Translations under genes and position numbers: made by a program
Source: an uncultured Pseudomonadota bacterium
GTDB lineage: Bacteria > Vulcanimicrobiota > Vulcanimicrobiia > Eremiobacterales > Eremiobacteraceae
Direction of reading: 5' to 3'
DNA: 64,000 bases
Assembly: GCA_963736005.1 (NCBI GenBank)
Contig: CAVTNB010000001.1
Coordinates: forward strand, 448,001 to 512,000
Notes under the pieces: model-generated
Seen by the model: the letters and a program-made list of their open reading frames with translations, nothing else
What the model was told of the DNA's origin: nothing
The model's database searches: none
In this document: positions 44,601-57,952 of the stretch, one piece after another
Numbering within the stretch: position 1 is the stretch's first letter
Layout of the letters: each line of letters begins with the position of its first letter

Positions 44601-45506
44601 GCCCACGCCGTCCATTGTCGATGAGCGCATCGACTGCTTCTTGCAGCATGCGCTTCTCATTCTTAATGATGATCTCCGGAGCGGATAGCTCGAGCAGCCG
44701 CTTCAGCCGGTTGTTGCGGTTGATGACGCGGCGATACAGATCGTTGAGGTCCGAGGTGGCAAAGCGGCCGCCGTCGAGCTGCACCATCGGACGCAACTCG
44801 GGGGGATGACCGGCACCGACGAGAGGATCATCCACTCGGGCTTGTTGCCGGAGTGAAGAAATGCCTCAACCACCTCGAGCCGCTTGATCGCTTTGATTCG
44901 CTTTTGGCCGGAGGTCTCTTGAAATTCTTTGCGGAGCTCGGTCTGCAGTTTGTGCAGGTTGAGGTCGCGCAAAAGCTCGCGTACCGCCTCGGCTCCCATG
45001 CCGGCGCGAAATGCGTTGCCATACTTTTCGCGATGCTCGCGATACTTTTGCTCGGTGAGGATCTCACGCTTCTCGAGTGGCGTTCCACCGGGATCGATGA
45101 CGATGTACGCCGCGAAGTAAATGACCTTCTCGAGTTGGCGCGGCGACATGTCTAAGAGAATGCCGATGCGACTCGGCACCCCTTTGAAATACCAAATATG
45201 CGAAACGGGTGTCGCCAGCTCGATGTGGCCCATGCGCTCGCGCCGTACTTTCGCGCGGGTGATCTCAACGCCGCAGCGATCGCAGATCATCCCTTTGAAG
45301 CGAATGCGCTTGTACTTGCCGCAATGGCATTCCCAATCTTTGGTTGGGCCAAAGATCTTTTCGCAAAACAAACCGTCACGCTCGGGTTTGAGCGTGCGGT
45401 AGTTGATCGTTTCCGGCTTTTTGACTTCGCCGAACGACCACGCGCGGATCTGTTCCGGGCTCGCAAGCCCGATCCGCATCGCGTCGAAGTTATTTACATC
45501 TAACAT
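41686..45506 (-). CDS. rpoC: RNA polymerase beta' subunit (frameshift near 44805)
   Basis: [26 protein letters not shown]; long acidic C-terminal tail. Confidence 0.97.
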
Positions 45507-45577
45507 TCATTAATCCCATCGGTTCGGTCGTAGTAATCGACGCTCCAATATCTTATTCGTCTGTCGAAATGTTGTGC

Positions 45578-49443
<3,866 letters not shown>

Positions 49444-49726
49444 TCTTTTGGTCTTACCTTCGCAGCAAACCGCGCGTGAATCTGGAGCGCGCGGCGGGTG
49501 TTAGCTTTCGTGTTCCTGCCCGTTTGCGTACCTTGGTCAATTCGCGTCGATGGTCGGCGCTGTTTGATCGCTGCGCAGCAGCGATAGATGGAGAAAAGCG
49601 TTGGGCGTTTGAGCCCGCGAAACAAAATCGGACGATTCCGCTTTGGGGTCCGGGCGGTTAGAGTGGGCCGTATCCTCTAACGAGATCCGGGAAGCCAGCG
49701 TTCGTCCAGGTTGGGCACAGATAAAC

Positions 49727-49754
49727 ATTATAGCACAAAGGTTCGCCTAGTCAA
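49727..49754 (-). promoter_or_regulatory. Sigma70-type promoter of rpoBC
   Basis: Minus strand TTGACT-N16-TATAAT with extended -10 TGn. Confidence 0.75.
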
Positions 49755-49789
49755 TATTGGCCATGCAAACCTAGTCGACGCGAAATCTC

Positions 49790-49954
49790 GTCCCGGAATA
49801 TTGCTATGCGGTACAGCCGAGAGACTTGGAGCTGACCGGAAGCCTCACTTGACTGACCGGTCCAGTTTGTCGCCCACTCTTCCGGTTAGTTCAGCGCACT
49901 TTGCTTTGGGCCCCTATGCCTCAGCGACACTATTCGCAGGCAATGCACCTGGGC
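49790..49954. ncRNA. Candidate rod-shaped structured RNA (6S-like), strand uncertain
   Basis: 14-bp stem 49829-49842/49879-49892, outer stems pairing 49790-49821 with 49920-49954, asymmetric central bubble. Confidence 0.35.
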
Positions 49955-50094
49955 CTTGGGCGTTGGCATCTCGATTGCGTCGCGAGTTATGTACAAACGC
50001 CAACACCAACCACGCACAGCTCGCAAATACGTGCGGCGGTGTTCGCTGGATGCGTGGTGGAGGAAACCTTCCCATCGCGCCGCACACAGCTCGC

Positions 50095-50922
50095 GTGGAT
50101 GCTCGGCTTTTTATTGGCTGCACGCCGCGGACAGGCAATCTGTGGTTTCGACGATTGCTCTCGGGTGCTCTCGGCCTACCGGAATATGCGGCACACGAGA
50201 CCGAGGAGATCGCTTGGCAAGACTTGCCGCGCGCGTGCATCGTTTCGATGCACGCTCATCCAACGCCAGAATTTCGACAGTTTCTCACAGATCGTCAGTT
50301 TCGCTTCCTTACGATCATGAGACATCCGCTGGATGTCCTCATTTCAATTCTCCAGTTTTCCAAACGCGAACCGGCGACGGCGCGCTGGCTCGGGGGCGAA
50401 GGCGGTGACGAATCCGCACTCGCGAATGCGACTCCTCTCGACCAGGTATTCCTCGACTATTCCACGAGCGAACGAGCGTCTGCGCTCTTGGGAGTGAGCG
50501 CCCAGTGGCTTCCGCTCGCTGATGCAGTTGCTCACTATGAAAAACTCGTCGCGAACACCACGACGGAGTTGTCGACGCTCCTCGAGCGCCTGCGGCTTGC
50601 CCCCACGCATGCACTGCGCCAAGTGATCGAACAAAATAGCATCAAGAGCTTACGTACCAGCCTCGCGACCTACAGCCGCCACTTTTGGCGCGGCGAGCCC
50701 GGACTGTGGCGGCAGTTGCTCCCGCCGCAGATCGCTCTCCCAATCGCGACGCACCATCAAAGATTATTCGAGCAACTCGGTTATGTGTGCGACGTTGATC
50801 CGCACCTCACCGCACAACAGGCCCTTGGCAATTGGCTCGAGCTTTGTTCGCCTGAACCGACCGAAGACACCGCGAAGCCAAGAGCGACCTGGCGCACGTT
50901 GTTCCGGCGCCGGACGAGCTAA
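50095..50922 (+). CDS. Sulfotransferase-domain protein; start uncertain
   Basis: 5'-PSB-like CTPRTGNLW, 3'-PB-like MRHPLDVLIS, HYEKL, FWRGEPGLW. Confidence 0.8.
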   Translation: MDARLFIGCTPRTGNLWFRRLLSGALGLPEYAAHETEEIAWQDLPRACIVSMHAHPTPEFRQFLTDRQFRFLTIMRHPLDVLISILQFSKREPATARWLGGEGGDESALANATPLDQVFLDYSTSERASALLGVSAQWLPLADAVAHYEKLVANTTTELSTLLERLRLAPTHALRQVIEQNSIKSLRTSLATYSRHFWRGEPGLWRQLLPPQIALPIATHHQRLFEQLGYVCDVDPHLTAQQALGNWLELCSPEPTEDTAKPRATWRTLFRRRTS

Positions 50923-51048
50923 AACACCTTAAATCCTCGGCGCCGAGCAGTCTGAAGGCAACCCTTCATTGTTGCGCTATATAATGGAAGCGAAGCGCTC
51001 TGACTGGGTTGGATTTGCCGTCCCACTTCCGAATGGTCAACGCTTACA

Positions 51049-52107
51049 CTACGCCAGACCGCTAGAGGCGAAAGCTCGTTCGAGGACCGTCAACGTCTGC
51101 TCGGCCGTTCGCTGCCAAGTCCGCTCTGCGGCGTGCTTTTGACCTCGACCTCGCAAGTCTTCGACCACACTGGGCGCCGATGCGACCGATCCGATCGCAG
51201 CGGCCAGCGCCGCAGCATTGGACGGTGGCACGTACAGCGCCGCCGAACCACCCGCTTCTCGCGAGCTGGACGTATCCGAAGCGATCACCGGCGTGCCAAC
51301 CGCCATGGCCTCGAGGATCGGCAAACCAAATCCCTCGTATTCCGAGGGATACACAAGGGCGAGCGCATGACGATAGAGGCTCGCAAGTGTCATGTCGTCC
51401 ACCCAACCTACCGATCGGACTCGAACCGACTCTGGCGTTGTCGGCAGGGGATACTGCCCGCCCGCGCCCGCCACCACCAACTCGAGGGATTCGCGTAGCT
51501 GCGCGGGCAACTGCGCGATGGCTTCCAAGAGCACCGGTAATCCCTTTCGACGCTCGGGCTCGCCCACGAAGAGCAGATACCGCAGACCTTCCGTACCCGA
51601 TGGTGATTCACCGCGGGCGAATGTTGCGCTCACTCCAAGATAGATGACATCGATCGTATCTGGGTTTATGTCGAGATAGCGGACGAGTTCGGTCTTTGAA
51701 AACTCCGAATCGGTGATGATCCGACGCGCCTGAGTCGCTGCGACGCGAAACGGACGCTGTTCTCGCTCTCTCACCAGCGGATCTTGCGGTGGGCAGGCAA
51801 ACAGACTCGCGTCATGCAGCGTGGCGACCATGGGAAGCGAGGCAGCCCAGCTGACCCCGTTCCATGGATACCAGGCGAGGTCGAGGTCGTGCTTTGAGCG
51901 GCGATAACGAACCGGCATGTCGAGTCCGATTTCTCGCAAGTACTTGCTCCGGGCCATAAAGGTCGCTCGCTCCGGCACAAGCAGCACCGGCCGAACGCGC
52001 TCCACTCCAAATGCGTCCCAACACCGAACGACCTCTCTCACATATCGTCCTATCCCGCGACGGTCGCCTAGCAAGTTCCATGCGTCAATGCCAACTCGAA
52101 GGGACAT
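51049..52107 (-). CDS. GT4 glycosyltransferase
   Basis: RRGIGRY, FVGEPERRKG, PSEYEGFGLPILEAMA. Confidence 0.92.
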   Translation of the reverse strand: MSLRVGIDAWNLLGDRRGIGRYVREVVRCWDAFGVERVRPVLLVPERATFMARSKYLREIGLDMPVRYRRSKHDLDLAWYPWNGVSWAASLPMVATLHDASLFACPPQDPLVREREQRPFRVAATQARRIITDSEFSKTELVRYLDINPDTIDVIYLGVSATFARGESPSGTEGLRYLLFVGEPERRKGLPVLLEAIAQLPAQLRESLELVVAGAGGQYPLPTTPESVRVRSVGWVDDMTLASLYRHALALVYPSEYEGFGLPILEAMAVGTPVIASDTSSSREAGGSAALYVPPSNAAALAAAIGSVASAPSVVEDLRGRGQKHAAERTWQRTAEQTLTVLERAFASSGLA

Positions 52108-52224
52108 GGCAATCGTCTTGCGCCGTTTGCCTTCGCCAACCTTTCTGTCTGTGTTGCGGATATCGCGTTTGGGATTGGCCTCACAAGGAGGCGCGTATGG
52201 TTCGCGGGCAATTGTCCTTTTTGC

Positions 52225-53175
52225 GTGGCAAGCAACAGCATCGTCGCTCACATGATCATTGGCGCAAAACCGGAGATGTTTCTTCCGTGTGCGCTCGAGT
52301 CAATTGCGCGCGTTTGCGCACACGCCGTTATCAACGATACTTCTGGCGAAGTGCAGGGAGCCAACGCGATGGTTATTGCCCAGTCTGCTTTTGCACGCGA
52401 AGCCAGGCTTACCGTCATACGATCGACGTTCTCTGATTTCGCAACAGCACGGAACGCCTGTATCGACGCGACGCCCGCCCAGTTTTCCAACGGCTGGGGG
52501 CTGATCGTTGACGCCGATGAGGTTCACGGGCCGGCGCTCGCAAGGATGGCTGGGCTGCTGGATCGTTTTCCCGAAGGCGTGGACGCAGTGGACGGCTACT
52601 TGCGCCATTTCGTCGGGTCATTTGCGTGGTGGATAGACTTAAATCGAACGCGCTGCTTTTTTCGTCTTCGCCCCGCGGTGCGCTGGGAGAATAGAATTCA
52701 CGAGCGCCTCGCGCCGATTTCGAGACGCATCGCACTGCCGGGTGTGTGGTTCCACTACGGGCACGTCATTACGCCGCGCGAAGAGGCCGAGAAGGGGCGC
52801 CTGTATGCGTCGCTTGGCCAACCGGATCCGGCCCCGACCGAAGCGCAGCTGCAGCGCGCCAGCCCAGCAACCGTCTGGCCGCTCTTGCTGCGCAAGGCCA
52901 ACCGATTCACAGGATCGCATCCAGATGCTGCACTGTCCACGATCGCGGCCCTGTCGATAGAGCGAGCCGCGCTGTTTGCCGAGGTCGACGCGCTTGCCGC
53001 GCAGCAAACTTTCTCCCAACGGGTTCGCAACGCCACGCGACGCGTGAACTCAGAACGACTTCTGCTGTGGCGCTCCCTCGAGGCGTGGCTGCGCTGGGGC
53101 TGGCGAAGCAAGGCGCTAAGCGAGGCGTCGGCTGCGACGATGCGGCCTCAGTTGGAACAAACAAAACGGACGTAG
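52225..53175 (+). CDS. GT2-like glycosyltransferase
   Basis: DFATARN, VDADE, W..RIHE, HYG. Confidence 0.75.
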   Translation: MASNSIVAHMIIGAKPEMFLPCALESIARVCAHAVINDTSGEVQGANAMVIAQSAFAREARLTVIRSTFSDFATARNACIDATPAQFSNGWGLIVDADEVHGPALARMAGLLDRFPEGVDAVDGYLRHFVGSFAWWIDLNRTRCFFRLRPAVRWENRIHERLAPISRRIALPGVWFHYGHVITPREEAEKGRLYASLGQPDPAPTEAQLQRASPATVWPLLLRKANRFTGSHPDAALSTIAALSIERAALFAEVDALAAQQTFSQRVRNATRRVNSERLLLWRSLEAWLRWGWRSKALSEASAATMRPQLEQTKRT

Positions 53176-53202
53176 CGCGCGCGAATAAATTCGCGCGACT
53201 AC
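53172..53202. repeat. REP family C with a GTAG head on both strands
   Basis: GTAG-CGCGCGCGAATAAATTCGCGCG-A-CTAC; both TAGs are the stop codons of the convergent flanking genes. Confidence 0.8.
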
Positions 53203-54281
53203 ATCAGTGCGATCTGATAAGCACGCTGGGTTTCCTCGGCGGCGTGACGCCAGGTAAGCTTGCGAATCCTCTGGTCAAGGGAATCGCCTCGCGCGCGCGG
53301 CGGTCTTGCGAACGCCCGCAGAACCGCAGCGCGGATTGACTTTGGGTCTGCTGGGTCCGCATATTCCGCATCGTCACCAAAGTACTCAACTTCCGCGCCA
53401 CGATCTGCAACGACGATCTTCGCACCGGCAGCTGCGGCCTCAAGCGTTGCGATGCCGGCGGTCTCACACCAGGATACAAGAGCGTGCACGGACGCACGCC
53501 CGAGCATCTGCAGCATCTGCTCTTTTGGCACGCTCCCGTGGAAGCTCGCCCTTGGGCACCAGCGCAGACACGCCTTTGCCAAGTTGGCATGATAGATGGC
53601 GCCGACGAGGTCTATTTCCATGTTGTCGTCGCGCATCGCGTAGAGCAAACCGGTTTGGTTTTTTCGGGTCTCGATGCGGCCAATTGCCAACAAACCGCTG
53701 CGCTCTGCTCGCCAGTACTGGGCGGGCTCGAGCGTGGCAGGTATGGGCACAACCACCATGGGCCTGTCGCGCACCCCAAGCTGCAACAAGCAATCGCGCG
53801 CCTCGATGGCACTGTTCGGCAGGAGCACAGCGGCGCGCTCGAGGAGCGCCTTCTGCTGCGCTAAGCGAACCTCAAGGTGTCGCCGTTGGCGGCCATTGAG
53901 AAACCAGTTCGAATCTCGTTTGAGATACTTGGCGAGCACCTTATCGACGCTTGCGCTTGTCGAGCCCCGAACAAAGAGCCGCTCGTACGCTGCCGCGCGC
54001 CCAAAAAACTCCCGCAGGTCAAGCCACACGGGAGAAAGCGCAACCGGAACACCCGCTTGTTCGCACGCATCCATCTGTCGCTTGCAAACGTCGGGCTGGC
54101 CGACATTGAAAATATGAGCGATGTCGTAGCCGCGCGGATCCGGTCGATCGGTCTCTACGAGCTCCGCGGCGACGCCCAGCTCCTTCACCGCCTCGAAGTT
54201 GTTGCGCGCCAGCGTGATGTCGCCGCCGAACTTACTGCTGGCGTCAGGACGCACCACAAAGAGGACGCGCAGAGGTTTCAC
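53199..54281 (-). CDS. GT4 glycosyltransferase
   Basis: FGGD, IGRIETRKNQ, SWCETAGIATLEAAA. Confidence 0.88.
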   Translation of the reverse strand: MKPLRVLFVVRPDASSKFGGDITLARNNFEAVKELGVAAELVETDRPDPRGYDIAHIFNVGQPDVCKRQMDACEQAGVPVALSPVWLDLREFFGRAAAYERLFVRGSTSASVDKVLAKYLKRDSNWFLNGRQRRHLEVRLAQQKALLERAAVLLPNSAIEARDCLLQLGVRDRPMVVVPIPATLEPAQYWRAERSGLLAIGRIETRKNQTGLLYAMRDDNMEIDLVGAIYHANLAKACLRWCPRASFHGSVPKEQMLQMLGRASVHALVSWCETAGIATLEAAAAGAKIVVADRGAEVEYFGDDAEYADPADPKSIRAAVLRAFARPPRARGDSLDQRIRKLTWRHAAEETQRAYQIALM

Positions 54282-54301
54282 TCAAGGCCGACCATCGTCA
54301 G

Positions 54302-56077
54302 CTAGAAATTGCTGGCCGGCTGATGGAGCATTTGCGTGCGATAGAGCTTCGCATAGACGCCGCCGCGTGCCAAAAGATCGGCGTGCGTTCCATGCTCGAC
54401 AACCTTTCCCTCAGACATGACAAGGATCTTTGTCGCCCGGCGGATGGTCGAGAGCCGATGCGCAATGATAAATGTCGTGCGGCCCACGAGCAGCCGATCG
54501 AGTGCCTCGCTGATCAGCACTTCGGACTGCGCATCCAAACTCGATGTCGCCTCATCCAAAATCAGAATTTTTGGATTGCGTAAAATAGCTCGGGCGATGG
54601 CGATGCGCTGACGCTCGCCGCCTGACAGGCGGAGGCCGCGCGATCCGACGGTCGTGTTGTATCCCTCTGGAAAATTCTGAATGAACTCGTGCGCATTGGC
54701 AAATCTGGCCGCATCTTCGATCTCGGCCTTCGTCGCATCCAGTCGACCATAGCGGATGTTTTGTTCGATCGTGTCTGAGAAAAGCTGGGGATCTTGGGGG
54801 ACGATGGCGATCGACTCCCGCAGCGAGGCAAGCGTCACCTCGCGCACGTCATTGCCGTCGACGCGCACGATGCCGGACGTGGGAATGTAAAATCGAGGAA
54901 TCAGGTTGACCAGCGTTGTCTTCCCGGCGCCCGAAGGCCCAACGAGCGCGATGATTTCACCTGGCTGCACCTCGGCGGACACGCCGTTGAGCACTTCGTT
55001 CGTGCCATCGTAAGCGAAATGCACGTTTTCGAAGGCAACCTCGCCGAGCACGTTGTGCAGCTTGCGTGCACCGGGTGCTTCGTGCTCCTCAATCGGCAGG
55101 TCAAGGATCTCGAAGATGCGGCGCGCGCCGACGATTGCTTTATTGAGCTCGCCGAAATAATTTGTCAGCTGGTTAATCGGGTTGCTGGCAACAATTGCCA
55201 CGGTGAGAAACGCCGCGAGCTCTGCGGGTGTCTTGCGCCCGGTGACAAGTTCGTAAAACGACACGCCGGCGAGCACCAAGAGACCAACGGTGACCAAAAA
55301 ATCGATCACGGGGATTTGAGTCAGCGAGATCTGGGCAAGTTTCATGGCCGAACCCAAGTAGGCATCGTTGCGTTCCGTAAAGCGCTTCACTTCGTAGGAC
55401 TCGCGCCGGAAGGCTTTGATGGGGCGCATCGATTCGAGGGCTTCTTGCAGCGCAGCGTTGACGTCGGCAATCCGTGAGAGCGAAACCTTCGTCGCGCTCC
55501 GGACGATGAGCGAGAAGCGAAAGACGGCGAACGAGACAAGCGGCGCAACCGCCAACGTGACCAGCGTAAGGACCCAGTCGAGGTAAAACATGTAAATCAG
55601 CGCCCCCACCAACGTGATAATGGCGCTCGTGAACAGCGGTAACGAGGTCACCCCGACCACCATGAGCGAGACGTCGTTATCGAAGCGCGAGATCAATTCA
55701 CCACTTCGCCAGCGGTCGAAGACTGGCAGCGGCAGGAACTGGATGCGGGTAAAAAGATCGCCGCGGACGCGGGCGACAACCCTCTGTCCGACCGTGGTCA
55801 TGGTATAGCCGCCAGCATATTGTGCGATATTCTTCACGATGTTGAGCGCCAAGCCGCCGAGCAGCGCCAACAGCAATGCGTGCAGGCTGTGCTGCTGTAC
55901 CGAACCGATGAGCCCTTTGACCGCGAATGCGTAGCCGATGGTCGCAAGCGATGCGACGCCCATGAGGCAGACGCCGACCAGCATCTGTGGAATGGATGGC
56001 CGCGCATAGGCCATGAGCCGGCGGTAAACCATTGGCGGCGTGGTCTTAGGGGGTACGCCCTTCAAATCCCGCCCCAT
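54302..56077 (-). CDS. ABC exporter, fused TMD-NBD (MsbA/PglK-like); start uncertain
   Basis: GPSGAGKTT, LSGGERQR, ILDEATSSLD, IAHRLST; N-terminal TM domain. Confidence 0.92.
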   Translation of the reverse strand: MGRDLKGVPPKTTPPMVYRRLMAYARPSIPQMLVGVCLMGVASLATIGYAFAVKGLIGSVQQHSLHALLLALLGGLALNIVKNIAQYAGGYTMTTVGQRVVARVRGDLFTRIQFLPLPVFDRWRSGELISRFDNDVSLMVVGVTSLPLFTSAIITLVGALIYMFYLDWVLTLVTLAVAPLVSFAVFRFSLIVRSATKVSLSRIADVNAALQEALESMRPIKAFRRESYEVKRFTERNDAYLGSAMKLAQISLTQIPVIDFLVTVGLLVLAGVSFYELVTGRKTPAELAAFLTVAIVASNPINQLTNYFGELNKAIVGARRIFEILDLPIEEHEAPGARKLHNVLGEVAFENVHFAYDGTNEVLNGVSAEVQPGEIIALVGPSGAGKTTLVNLIPRFYIPTSGIVRVDGNDVREVTLASLRESIAIVPQDPQLFSDTIEQNIRYGRLDATKAEIEDAARFANAHEFIQNFPEGYNTTVGSRGLRLSGGERQRIAIARAILRNPKILILDEATSSLDAQSEVLISEALDRLLVGRTTFIIAHRLSTIRRATKILVMSEGKVVEHGTHADLLARGGVYAKLYRTQMLHQPASNF

Positions 56078-56122
56078 TCCAAGGACTGCCCGCGCACACC
56101 CCACAATGATTCACGAGCAACG

Positions 56123-56908
56123 ATGCATCGTCTGCTTCATCCTATTTTTTTCATGCACGTCCCTAAGTGCGCGGGCAAGTCGGTCTTCTCCATTCTCAGC
56201 CGGAAATTTGACCGCGCGCAAATTTGCCCGCAACCCCCCTATGGCACGTGGCAGTGGAAGGCTAGTGAAGTCCGCGGATACAGTCTGTACTCCGGACACT
56301 TTTCATCGGACTTCGTGGAAGAGATGGCAACAGGTGGGTCCAAACTCGTGATCATGAGGCATCCGTTGAGTCGCATCGTCTCGTTATATGATTTTTGGCG
56401 GTCGTATCGTTGGGATTACATCCGCTCGTCGCTACCACCACCTCCTTTCAACGGACCCGCGCTAGCAAAATCCGGCTCTCTCATGGACTTTCTCGAGACG
56501 ACCTCAGAATTTGGAGTGACTCGAATCTACAACACAGTGGCGCGGCAAGTGCTTGGCCGCCGGTTTGCGCAACTCTGGCCGAACGAGGACGCCATCATTT
56601 CGGAGTCGATCGGTGCGCTGCGCGGCTTTGCGTGGGTTGGGATAAGCGAGCTTTTTACTCCGTCGGCGGCGCTGCTGTGCGCGATGCTGCAACAGCCGGT
56701 GGCCAGCCCGGAGCCCCTCGAAGGGGTCACGCACGACGTCAGCACCGACCCTCACCGCGAAATGGTGTCGAAGTCGAAGGCGACGGCATTGGAAGCCGAA
56801 CGCATTCTCGAGGGTAATCGCGTCGACTTGGCGCTCTACGAGGAAGGCCGCAAGATTTTGCAGGAGAGGATCGGCCAAACGCTCGCGGATCCTTCCACTT
56901 CCGGTTGA
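56123..56908 (+). CDS. Sulfotransferase family 2-like protein
   Basis: FFMHVPKCAGKS, SGH, MRHPLSRIVSLY, NRVDLALY. Confidence 0.8.
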   Translation: MHRLLHPIFFMHVPKCAGKSVFSILSRKFDRAQICPQPPYGTWQWKASEVRGYSLYSGHFSSDFVEEMATGGSKLVIMRHPLSRIVSLYDFWRSYRWDYIRSSLPPPPFNGPALAKSGSLMDFLETTSEFGVTRIYNTVARQVLGRRFAQLWPNEDAIISESIGALRGFAWVGISELFTPSAALLCAMLQQPVASPEPLEGVTHDVSTDPHREMVSKSKATALEAERILEGNRVDLALYEEGRKILQERIGQTLADPSTSG

Positions 56909-56929
56909 GCAATTCTCATTAACGTCCTC

Positions 56930-57952
56930 GTGGTGACAAGCCAGGTGCCGTTCGTCCACGGCGACGCGCACGACGTGGGTACGCATCTTGTGGATCATTT
57001 GCGGCGTCACGGTGCCGAGGCGGAGGCTCTACGGCTGCCCGTTTGTTGGACGCCGCCCGAACGTCTTATCGAAGAAATGCTCATCGCTTGCACCTTACGT
57101 CTGTGGAATGTGGATCGAGTGATCGCGCTCCGGTTTCCGTCGTATCTCATCTCTCACCCAGACAAGGTGCTCTGGGTCCTGCATCAATATGGTGACGCCT
57201 ACGAGATGTGGGACCAAGGACGAACACCTCTTTGCGCCAAGCCGCGGGGCAAGCAGATCCGAGATGCCGTCGTGCGTGCCGACAGCCTCGCCTTCGCGCA
57301 GGCACGGCGCATCTATGCCAGCACTCGCAGCATCGCAAACAGGCTGCATCGCTACAACGCAGTGAGGGCGCGAGTGTTATGCCCACCCTTGCATGACCCG
57401 GAATTGTTCACGGGAGGTGAAAACGAGGGATACATCATCGCTCCGGGGACGGTCGACTCGACCAGGCGTCAGACGCTTTTGGTTCAAGCCTTGCGCCACG
57501 CGCCTGGTGCTCATTTGGTCATCGCCGGTCCACCGAGCACGCCTACTGATGCCGAACTGTTAGAGCGTCTCATCGAGCAAGAAGGCATGAGCGATCGCGT
57601 CCGCTTGGATTTTCGAATCCTGACGCGCGCGCAACTCGCCGACCTGATCAACCGCTCGCTGGCCGTGGCGTACCTGCCGCAGGACGACGACGGTACGAGC
57701 AGCGTGCCCATGGAAGCGTTCCAGGCAGGCAAACCGCTCATCACAACGTCGGACTCCGCAGCGGTGCTTGAGGTGGTCGAGTGCGGTCGCACCGGGCTCG
57801 TGGCGCAACCCAATCCGGAAAGTTTGGGAGAAGCGTTGAGGCTTGCAAGCAGTGCCTTGGCAAGAACCGTCAGCATGGGTCTGGCGGCACGGCAGCAACA
57901 AGAAGCTCGGGGAACAACGTGGGCAAGAGTCGTGGAGTGCCTCCTAGCATGA
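56930..57952 (+). CDS. GT4 glycosyltransferase homolog with atypical donor-binding motifs
   Basis: Clear paralog of 59785-60822; PMEAFQAGKPLIT. Confidence 0.8.
   Translation: MVTSQVPFVHGDAHDVGTHLVDHLRRHGAEAEALRLPVCWTPPERLIEEMLIACTLRLWNVDRVIALRFPSYLISHPDKVLWVLHQYGDAYEMWDQGRTPLCAKPRGKQIRDAVVRADSLAFAQARRIYASTRSIANRLHRYNAVRARVLCPPLHDPELFTGGENEGYIIAPGTVDSTRRQTLLVQALRHAPGAHLVIAGPPSTPTDAELLERLIEQEGMSDRVRLDFRILTRAQLADLINRSLAVAYLPQDDDGTSSVPMEAFQAGKPLITTSDSAAVLEVVECGRTGLVAQPNPESLGEALRLASSALARTVSMGLAARQQQEARGTTWARVVECLLA

Noticed and set aside
50986..51045. tRNA-Sec (starts GGAAG)
   Set aside because: No UCA anticodon arm or T-loop consensus.
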